Source: Camelus ferus (Eukaryota). Taken from it: DNA of 64,000 nucleotides. The notes beneath the pieces were generated by a model that saw only the letters and a program-made list of their open reading frames with translations, ran no database searches and was not told the DNA's origin. How positions within the stretch are numbered: position 1 is the first letter of the stretch; the number at the start of each line of letters is the position of its first letter. The position numbers and the translations under genes are program-made. Below, piece by piece: positions 41,923 through 51,890 of the stretch. Location of the stretch: the NCBI RefSeq assembly GCF_009834535.1, contig NC_045697.1:62932001-62996000 (forward strand). The letters run 5' to 3'.

Positions 41923-41957
41923 TATAAAAGGCCGCGCTCGCCGCCGCCCTCCTCACA
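41923..41957 (+). promoter_or_regulatory. TATA box (TATAAAAG, 41923-41930) with Inr-like CTCACA (predicted +1 = A41955)
   Basis: A consensus TATAWAAR sits in GC-rich context. A BBCABW Inr match has its A 32 nt after the first T of the TATA. Confidence 0.7.
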
Positions 41958-42121
41958 GTCTGGGAGCGCGGCCTGCCGAGGAGGTGACTCTAGTGTCCCC
42001 CACTCAGTCACACTCCGCGCACTCACACACTTGGAAGCGCCTCCCCACGTCCCTCCTCTGCCCTCCTCTTGCTCTGCTCTTCTCTCTCTCACCGCAGTCG
42101 CCGACCGACTGCCAATCCGCG

Positions 42122-42141
42122 TCTCTCTCTCTCTCTCTCTC
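42122..42141. repeat. (TC)10 microsatellite in the predicted 5'UTR
   Basis: Read directly; it ends 6 nt before the uORF ATG. Confidence 0.9.
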
Positions 42142-42147
42142 CACAAC

Positions 42148-42222
42148 ATGACTGACTGGGAAGCGGTGGCTCAGGCAGAGCAGCTCTGCTGGCGCAGGCA
42201 GGAGGAGCAGGAGGATTATTAA
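42148..42222 (+). CDS. Putative upstream ORF, 24 aa: MTDWEAVAQAEQLCWRRQEEQEDY*
   Basis: The only ATG in the predicted exon 1. Context is CACAACATGA (A at -3), with an in-frame TAA at 42220-42222. Translation is not demonstrated. Confidence 0.45.
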   Translation: MTDWEAVAQAEQLCWRRQEEQEDY

Positions 42223-43069
42223 ATAACGCAGCTCGACTCTGCAACTGGGAGTGGAGAGAAGGAGCCCAACAGCCGAGAAGGGGAGGGAGGGCAGAGGAGG
42301 GGGCCCAGGAAAGACACCCCCGTGCCCCGAAGACATAAATCCCCGAGTGCCCGGGAGAAGCCTTACCAAGCGGCGCGGAGCCCTCAAGGTAGTAACGCCC
42401 CCTGTGCCCCCGCGCCCTCAGGGTCGCGCTTCGCGTCCCCGCGGCACTGGGGCCGGCTCCCGGCGGACGCGGGAGGACAGCCAGGCAGGTGACCGCGCCT
42501 TGCCCGGGCCGCCCTGGAGCAGTCCCCGCCCAGGCCCGGGGCGCCGGCCGCCGGCCCGGCGTGCGCGGCGCGGAGACTTAGTCTCGCGGGCGGGGTGGGA
42601 GGGAGGCGGACGGGGTCGCTCGCCTTGGGCCCGCGACTCCGGGCGCGCTGCGTGGCCTTTTCCTCCGCGCTCCTGAGCACTCTGCTCCGCGCGTCCGTGG
42701 CGGCCACTTCAGGGCTCCGCGGAACGCGGCGGGCCAAGGAGGCAAGAGTTGGCGCAGGCTGGGGGCCGCTCCCCTCCCTCGCCGTTCGTGTCCCGCAGGT
42801 AGGGGCGGCCGGGCAGCGGCGGCGCCGCCGGCTGCGGGCACCGGGGCGGGGGCCGCGGCGGGGAGGGGTGGTGGGGGGAAGGGGGCGGGGAGCCCGGGGC
42901 TCCTGGTGGAGCCGCAGTGCCGGAGCCGGGACGGCCTCTTGCCTCCGCCCGCTCGTCCTCTGGCGCTGGCTTCCTGGATTGGAGGCGAGAACCTCCCCAG
43001 CGGCGGCAGGAACAGCGGCGACTTCGTGTGGACAAATTGCTTTGTGGTGGCGCGTCAAGGGCTCCAAGG

Positions 43070-43072
<3 letters not shown>

Positions 43073-43112
<40 letters not shown>

Positions 43113-43143
43113 CGCGTGTGTGAGTGTGCGCGCGTGTGCGTGT
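43073..43143. repeat. Compound microsatellite (TG)16(CG)6(TG)3 plus further TG/CG
   Basis: Read directly; alternating purine-pyrimidine with a single break at 43123. Confidence 0.95.
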
Positions 43144-46100
43144 TCACGCTCGCGCTCCTGACTAATCAATGCATTGGTTCACCTGGAAAGAAAATCAGTC
43201 CTGAGCTGAAACCGCAGGTGTCCTCCCCCCCCCTTTGGCTTGTATCCCAGGGACTTGTACACGCAGTGCCATCAACGGGCAGGGGTGCGTGATGGGGTGA
43301 CGGAGGGATTTGTGAATGGTGCTTCTCTGCGCGTGGAGGCTGAGCCTTGCTGATGTAAAGGAGGAGGTATGCAGAGTGAGAAGAAAGGCTATTTATGGCA
43401 AAGAGTTGTGAAATTTCTCGGGGTTTCCTTCCGTGTTTCCTGAGCTTCTCTCTCTCCCTCTCTCCTTTTTTTTTTTTTTCCTTCTTTCCTCTCTCTCCCC
43501 TCTTCTTTCTCAGAATTAGAAGCAATTCTGCTTTTCTTCCCCCTCTTGTGGGACCTTGAATATGAGTGAAGGAAGTCAGAAAATCACTTGTCATTTTACA
43601 GATATAAGAAAAAGGCTTCTTAGAAGTTGCTCATCTCTTGCCCTTTAATGTTTTTATGTACTTAGTCTCCACTCCTCTTACCTCTTCAGGCCATCAATAG
43701 TACCTACAAGACAGAAGGTACCTACTTGGTTTCAGCAGCTTTCATTTCTAATATTTTTACGGTTGAATACCTTCCTACTGATATGTAACACATACCCTTC
43801 ATCTCTACCCCTAGAAAGGCTATTAAAAATAATGTGCACACATTTTACCTTAAAGTTGGGTTTATTAAAAGCTTTGGGGAAAAGAGAGGCGGACACCTGG
43901 ATGAGTTTATATCGATTATTACTGATTAGAATTAGAACTAGCTATGAAGAAAAGATCTGAAATACTATTAATCGAGGCTACAACACAATCAGTTTGTTTT
44001 GCTTTCTGTTTCTATTTGCTTTATAACAGGCACAAATACCAAAGACATAACTTGAAGCATAAAGATGCCTTAGGATGCTTTATGTGCGTTAGCAAATTTA
44101 TGTTCTTAAAAGTGGCAACCTGTGTTTTCATAGAACCAATGATGGGTTGTCCTCATTATTTTAAATTGGGATGTCACTAAGCGCCTGCCAAGCACAGTGT
44201 TTTTAAAACATTGAAATTTCATATTGCAACTACTAGTTCAATAATTTCACAGAGAAGAGAAGTAGATTGACCAACTGATTGTCAGAGTGATTTGTCTTCA
44301 TTTGGTATCAAGGAGCTCCTTATTTTGATCAAAACATGCCAAATGTTTCTGTTTTTCCAGTGTGAAAGTAGCTTTCCTTAAGAGTCCTGTTTATTTTGAA
44401 GACAAAACAGAGTTAAGAATTTGTTATTTTGATTTGGTTACGTTCATATTGGTTTAAAATACATTTTTAACAGTGGAGCACGTGCAGTTATATATATTAC
44501 ATTAGAACTTGGCCTGAGGCCCTACTCTGAGGGTTGTTACCTTAATTTTCCTGAATCATTGGAATGTAGAAGTAATGGGAAAATTTTAAATGTACTTGAT
44601 GAGCTGTATTATTGCAATCATTAAAAAGTAATATTTATGAATACTTTTTTCTTTGACATCAGAGAATGAGCAACTTTATTATTTTAATGATATATTTTAT
44701 ACTATAGAATGTTAATTTACATCAGACTTATGAAGTAGAAAATGAAAAATACTACATTTTGTTGATATTGAACACCTTACTCCATTTTATTACTCAGCAT
44801 AGTATTCATAATAAAGGGCCTATTGTGGAGGAGCATAAGACTTCCTTGCTTCCTCCTGCCCTTCAGGAGCTTACTCTCCACTTGGGGCCAATCTGATGCT
44901 CATGCTTGAACAGAGTTAACAACCCTTGACAATAAGAGATTGCATCTCTAATGAAGACTGCAGGAGTTCAGAGCATGACAGTAACATTTCATACTGGATT
45001 ATGTCTGAAAAGGCTGCCAAGGTAGGTAAGACTTGCTTGGTCTTGATCTTGAGGGATGAATAGGATTAGTGGTTTGTGGGTGAGAATATAAGGTATAAGA
45101 TGCAAATCTCATAAATTTGTAGAAAAGAACAAAAGGTCTAAGGAAAGATAAGTTTGTTTTGAAATAGATTTTGATATTGCAAAGTGGCTGAATTTGCTGT
45201 GCAAAGTTCAGGGTGAGTCAGTTTCTGTGTACAGCATTCTGTACACTGTATTCTTGGAGTTAGTTGTCAATATTTCTGTACCTAAGAAGACAGATCATTG
45301 ATTTTATCTTGCCTTTTAATGAAAAATATGCTCGATATATATTTATAGAGAATACTTACTCTAAATATTTAAATATACCTCATCACACTAAAGTGTTGAA
45401 TTTCATGTTAATACCAAGGTGGCATCACATGAAATGAGGTGTTTAGGGTACATCCTTAACTAACCTTTATTAGATTTGCTCTAAAGGAAAAAGTATGAGA
45501 TAATGTTAAAAAAAAAAAAAAACAAAACCAAAACTGTATTAATAGTGAGCAGTCATTGAATGCTTAATATTTTATTCATATGAAATGTATAACTCATTAA
45601 CATATTTTCTGTATTTTTAAAGTTATTAGAATGCATCTGCATTATAGTTAATCTATCCTTACATTATTTTTCATGAATATACAGCTATGATGTGGGGCTT
45701 GTGAACAATTTTAGAATTGTAACAACAGTTTTAAAGATGTTGTAACTATCTTTTGATATATAGATTGTATTACTAATAGCATGCTTTATCTCTAAACATT
45801 TTGAACTTAGTTATTTCTTCTTTGTATATATAGTTGTTTTTATACAAGCACAAAACTTTAAAATGCATTTCCCTGTTTTAAGAACATAAGGGGAAAGATC
45901 TGACTTGACATTGAGATTCCCTATTCAATATGACACCCAAGAAGTATGTTATGGTGACAGTAAGGAAATAGTACAAATATTAGATATGACTTTCAATAAA
46001 TAACAGAATAGAATTACTTTCAGATTAGCTGAATTAAAAGACTTTCATATATATTTTGTTGACGGTGAATAGATATGAGTTATTACAGAAGTGAAAAGCC

Positions 46101-46355
46101 TATTAAATCATCAGTTTCATATTCATGCAGGAATGGAATGATTTCCAATGCAGTCAAGGTACAGACCAGCATATCTGTTAATTGGTCTCTTTTGAGTTTG
46201 GTTTTGCACTATATGTCACAGGTGTATCACTTTGATAATGTAATCTCTCCTACTGTATGACTGACAGCTTCTGCATGATTTCCCTACTGGATAGTGACAA
46301 AATCTGTTTGCTTTATATTGAGGACATATGCTTCTATCAGCAATATTATCTTCAC

Positions 46356-46585
46356 TATGCAAGAGTGGCAGTTAACAATAAAACATGAAGTCTGGGGTGG
46401 GAGAAGCAGTAAGAAAAGATGAAGAGATTGATGACAGACACTAACAAAAGAAACATACTTGAACATGTAGTATGCAAGAGTGGCAGTTAACAATAAAACA
46501 TGAAGTCTGGGGTGGGAGAAGCAGTAAGAAAAGATGAAGAGATTGATGACAGACACTAACAAAAGAAACATACTTCAACATGTAG
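46356..46585. repeat. Tandem duplication, 2 x 115 bp, one mismatch
   Basis: 46356-46470 and 46471-46585 are identical except G46461 vs C46576. Confidence 0.97.
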
Positions 46586-47018
46586 CTTAAACTAAATATA
46601 ACATAAAACTGTAAAACTGACCAGTCTAAACTGCAGTTGATACAACTATCAGTTCTTGCTTTAAAATGACTGTATTTCAGTTTAAACTGTCTTTATGTGG
46701 GCTAAACAAAATGGCAAAAAAAAAAAAAAATCAGTGGTTGAAAATGTTTGCTAGGGTCTATGGTATGATATTACAATTTAAAAAAATTTCTACTTAGAAC
46801 TTTGACAGATAAAGTTTGTTGTTTGGCAAAATTTCTGGCCTGATACCTAGAATAACTTAAAATGTCATTTTTGGTTTTGCATTTTTTACGCTATATTTAC
46901 AATTTTAACTAAATTTATTAAAATTTTTGAACACTGTAACATTTTGATACTAAATAAAATCTAAAGGTCATTTATAAGGAAACATTTTATTATTTAATGG
47001 CAAATTCTTAACCTAGGG

Positions 47019-47158
47019 CAGTAGTTCTCAAAATGTGGTTCCCTGGGCAAAAGCACCAGTGAACTTGTTAAAATGCAATCCCGTTGAATGATTGAATCAG
47101 AAACTTTGGTGGAGTCCTCTATGTGATTCTTATGCACCCTAAAGTAGGAGAACCACTG
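47019..47158. mobile_element. MER5A/MER5A1 (hAT-Charlie MITE)
   Basis: Terminal inverted repeats CAGTAGTTCTC...GAGAACCACTG, with internal GAACTTGTTAAAATGCA and TGAATCAGAAACT. Confidence 0.85.
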
Positions 47159-47639
47159 ACTTGAAGGCAGTGTCTTCCACCTATTTTGTACCTAAATACT
47201 TTCTTCAACTGGTAGAGATAACTAAGCTTTAGCTATTTAGACCTGGAAAATACTATACTCACCATCAGAACATTTTCATCTTAATTGAATTAAAAAATGA
47301 GTCTAATTCCTAAGCACATATTTGCTGTTGACTGGAGAAGCAATCTATATGTATAGAATTTAACTGAACGGTAAAGACCTCCGACTGACCTTACTGGTAG
47401 TCATTTACAGAACAAAAAATATGCACAGTATACAAGGATTGACTATTTTTTGTTTAGTTTTCTTGACTTTTATGTGATATTTTTGGTTTTGGCATTTATT
47501 ATCATCTTCTCTATAAGATTACGGTTCTGCAACTATAACTTCACAAGTGTGGAATGTTCTCCCGAAGTCTTATTACTGAAATAAATTTTAGACCACATCT
47601 CTACATCTTTCAGGATCAAAGATAATGTGTTCCAATCCT

Positions 47640-47910
47640 GTATCTCTCTTAGTAACCCTTCCCTCTCCTTCTTATCCTCCCTCCCTGCCCCTCTTGTCGC
47701 ATCTTCCTCCTTTCAGGTATGAGCTCAGTCAACCTTCCTTGGCCTCCTTTGCTACATCAGTTTCTCTCTGATACATTGTTTTAGTTCTCTGTTCCTCTAC
47801 TTTGTGGTAGTCATTGCAGTTTTATGTGTGTTTGTGTGATTGGTTCAGTATTGTATCATTAGGTATTAACAGTGGCAAACACATAAATAATTATTTGTTG
47901 AATGAGTGTA
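47640..47910 (+). mobile_element. Degenerate LINE-2 3' fragment
   Basis: CTCCTTTCAGGT...GCTCAGTCAACCTTCCT...TATTTGTTGAATGAGT. Confidence 0.55.
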
Positions 47911-50900
47911 TACCTTCATTCTAAGGGTATATTATGTTCCAAAGACTGACACTTGAAAAAATATTTTAAAGGAGTCCTGGAATATATGTAAATATAGGTA
48001 TTGTTTTTCTTTCTATTTTGCAAGTGATGAGATGTTTGTTAACAACAACAGCAATGGCTATAATGTGCTGAACATGACTTCCATGATAAGCACTTAAATA
48101 GGTTATGCCATGCAGTTCTCCTAATATTATAAAGTTTTGTGCGTATTTTAGAGGTGAGGAAACTGAGGTTCTGTTCTGTGATCTGCCAAGCTACCTACAC
48201 CAAACTTTGACTTTTTTTTATTACAACGATGAATAAATTATGAAACCAGTAGACAGAAAATGTGAAGTGTATTTTCTCCTTATTCTGATTTAACTCAGAG
48301 CCCAGCAATATCTGTGCATTACTCACCCTGTTGCCATTATCTTCAGAGATGCCATTATTGTGTCTTGGGTGATTGGAACAAGTGATGGAGGACTTGCAAG
48401 GCTGAGGCTCCCATCTTCTTATTGCTCTTTTCAGTACCAAAGTTGTTTATCCCCAGTGCCACTCAATCACAATTCTTTTACCCCAACTGGTTAGACTCTC
48501 CAAACTTGTTAGTGAAAATTTAAGATGTAACCAAGTGTAATTTTCAGAATGAGTACCTTAATGCAGAGAATGCTCAAACATTAATTAGATAGTCTCCATA
48601 TTTGGAGATATGCAGCTTATCTTCTGGAATACTTCACACACAGCTTTGAGTACCATACTCAAGCAAAGTTGACCTTAGGTGCCGTCTGTTAATTCATTTT
48701 GACTCCCATGAGAAGAAAAAAATATTACATGGTCGTATCAGTTTAGTTTCTTTTGGCTTTTAATCTTTAACTTATTTATTTAAATATGTGTTTAACCAAT
48801 ATTCAAATCTTTGCAGCAAAGGAAATTTTTAAAGGCTGGCTCTATGGACGTCCATTGACTGTCAGACAATCAGAGTTAAATCTGGTTATTCTGAAGCCCT
48901 CTACTAGACTAGCTGGGCAAAATTTTATTTTCATAATTTGTTTAAATCAGTCAATAACATGAATAAAAGTAGATGCAAGTTATCAACAAGAAAAAAATAA
49001 TTGGTTGTTTCACTGAGTACATTACTTATGGCCTACTTTGTAGCTTTTTGTGAGATTCTGTTTAGACTGTCACTGGAATCATTTAATCTTTAACTGGAGC
49101 CTCAGTCATGCTCCTGATTTAGGACCAATTCTTCTATGTAGTGGTAAGATGGACTGGCTTCTAGTCTCAACACTTTGGGACTTAACATCAAGCCACCCAT
49201 GATGTCCAGCTCTTATATGATAACTTATTTATAGTAATGCTTCTTTCTCATAACTGAAACTGATTTCTCACCAAATATTTTCCCCTGAATCTTAATAACT
49301 TAATATCACCATTTCTTATAGCATTTGAGTGAGATCTTTCTTTTTACAGAGCCTTCTCTATTTCTTTAAGGACTGGGCTCCTACCTCTGAAACCACATCA
49401 TTTCCTGACCTTTTTATCTGCCAGCAGACTCACCACCCCCACCGCAGTAACCACTTTCCTGGATGTCTAAACGTTGCCAGCTCTTAGAGATATGCTTCAT
49501 TTGCAGTACTCACTCTTGGACCTCCATGATGCCAACCACTTTTGGCATATTGCCCCACTCTCAGGTATGCAGGCTGGTTGGACTTCTTGGAAGTATTTAC
49601 AGCTAGGTCTGTATATTGCTTTCCAGACTACAAGGCAGGTCTAGTTCCAGGTTCTAACCATCATTAGACTGCCTCATTTTGCTACATGTCATCTTCCCTT
49701 ATCTGGCTGTGTCCTGCTATAGAGGTACCTCATTTATCACCACTGACAACAAACATTTTGTAAATGCTTATTATGTATAAGTCAGTCTGTTTCAAAAAGA
49801 ATGCACCACATATGGTTCCTGAACAAATTATCCACATAAATAGAATACATATTCTTCCATATCTTTTTTGGTGACTAAATGTGATATATGTACACAAATA
49901 TGGGCAGAATTTGCATATGAATTCTTTAGGGTTTGCCTGTTTCTCTTATTCAGTTGTTTATTTCTCACAATTACAATTGTTTATTTCAAGATGACCTGGC
50001 TCTTCTCCTTTCTCCTTTATGACCTTATTTGAATGTGTTAAAGAAACATACTCCGGACTGTGTGATACTTTCTCTAAGTTTCATTAATGAAACCTAGGGG
50101 TATTTCTGTGTTCAGGAAATGTTTGTTAAGCCAGGTATACTGCCTTAATTCAACTTTTCTGGGAGTTTTAGTGATACGCTTTCCTTATCTACCAAATTCA
50201 GACTATCATGTCATATTTCTTATGTACCTATTCACTGCAGTTACTTCTTCCCTGAAAAGTTTAATACTATGATTCTGTTAATGAGTTGTTGTATGTGTGG
50301 CTTTTTTTGGTTTTTGTTTGTTTGGTTTTGGCAATAGCAGCAAATGATACATCACCAACCTATATTAGGTTTATAAATAAAACCATACAAGTATATATGA
50401 ATAAAGACATGGCAGAAATAAATGCAGATATAGGCTTTAACATTCTAGGCAATTCTTCAACTATTTTTATTTGTTTGATTGTTTTTTGTTTATTTGTAGA
50501 TATACAAATTACCAATGCATTAAGTCTGAATATATGAAATGTGTTTAGTGACTGTGCCTTTCTAATACAGTATTCTTTAAGACATTCAGGAAAAGCTTTA
50601 AAGGGGAGAACACATTAGATGAGATGATTAAGAAAAGGAAAAACATACCTCTAAACCAGACTCAAATTCAGTATGAGAAATGCAGACTAAATAACTTACT
50701 TCAGGTAAAGTTTCAAAATATCTTATTGATAACAAAACCAATGAGTCTGTGTGTCAGGGTTCCTGAATTTTCAAAGGAATGCTAACTACAGGCAGATAGC
50801 TCAAGAATAGTTTGATTTTGTTTTCAATTTTTAATACCATATTCATGTGCAAACAGACCCAAGAAAACCAGAAATATTCATTAATAAATGAGTTACTGAA

Positions 50901-51559
50901 AAGTTAGAATGTACCTTCTATAGCAGTGATTTTAAAAATAAAGTGTAGATTACTAAATTGGGCCATCAGAGTCACTACAAATTTGTACACAGCAAGCATA
51001 TAAATTTATAACAACATTATGGCTAAAATTAACTTTGAGGGGTATTGGCAGGTATCTTCTTCATCAATACCAGTTCAGCTTTTGAAAGGATGAGGGACCC
51101 TGCAGTGGGAGGGTCTAAGTTGATCAGAGGGAGAGGAAGCATCTTGGGGTGGGGAGAATCATGGGGCTCCTGAGTCCAAAACACTGAAAGGATAAAGACA
51201 CTGCAGTGCTAACTGTCTAGTGAGGAGTAAGAAGGAATGCCTCCCAGGATATTTCTGAGGAGAGTCAGGTTCATTGAATGATGATACAGAAAATGCATAG
51301 CCCCAGAGGTCTAATGCAGGAAGTGATCGGATGAGGTATTTTAAAAGCCAAAGCATTTTAATTTGAAGGTAGGATAGATTGGTAAATTTGAAGTTTTGGA
51401 GATCCTTCAGTCCCCCTTTCAACCTGCTAGACCTCAGTCTCTCCAGTCACCTTTGATGCAAGGGAGCTATCCAGGGTACTAGGCTCTTGTCAAAGTTCTC
51501 TTGTAAAACTGTGCAAAATATTTTGTTGTTTTTGTTTTTGCTATTCATAGAGCCTGCCA

Positions 51560-51890
51560 TTGCAGATGCTGTGTCATTCACTTGGAATGACTGAAACTTC
51601 CACCATTTGGTTTATTCAGTGGGTCCTTCAAGGCTCAATTCAAACGTATATTCAAGGAGGACTACCTCAATCCCATGCAAGAAGCCTATTTTGAGTTCCA
51701 GTAACAGCCTGTGTATATCACTGTGAAATCTCCCTTTAATGCATCATAATTCATTGCTTGCTTGTGCTTCATGCCCACTAGAATGTGAACTCTATGAGGG
51801 CAGTAATTTTGTGTTTTATTCTCTTTTTCAAGCTGCTTGTCTAAATCAGTGATGTGAAGATCCTCAGTAATTGATAAATGAATGAATACT
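51560..51890 (+). mobile_element. LINE-2 3' end
   Basis: CCCACTAGAATGTGAACTCTATGAGGGCAG...GATAAATGAATGAAT. Confidence 0.75.

Larger units (their letters stand above)
41955..42388 (+). other. CCSER1: Non-coding first exon (5'UTR), probably CCSER1/FAM190A exon 1
   Basis: Lies downstream of the TATA/Inr and ends at CCCTCAAG|GTAGTA (GT at 42389). The stretch GAGGATTATTAAATAACGCAGC...GACACCCCCGTGCCCCGAAGACATAAATCCC...GGAGCCCTCAAG resembles my recollection of the human CCSER1 mRNA leader. The identity is recalled, not database-verified, and the 5' end is inferred. Confidence 0.65.
41740..43160. promoter_or_regulatory. CpG island promoter
   Basis: Abrupt switch from AT-rich, CpG-depleted DNA to very GC-rich, CpG-dense sequence. 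It has multiple GGGCGG boxes and is the only such region in the window. Confidence 0.95.

Noticed and set aside
42251..43292. Long overlapping ORFs (up to 261 aa) on both strands in the CpG island
   Set aside because: Low-complexity R/P/G/A-rich translations are expected where GC-rich DNA lacks stop codons. Several run through the TG/CG microsatellite, and I recognise no domain.
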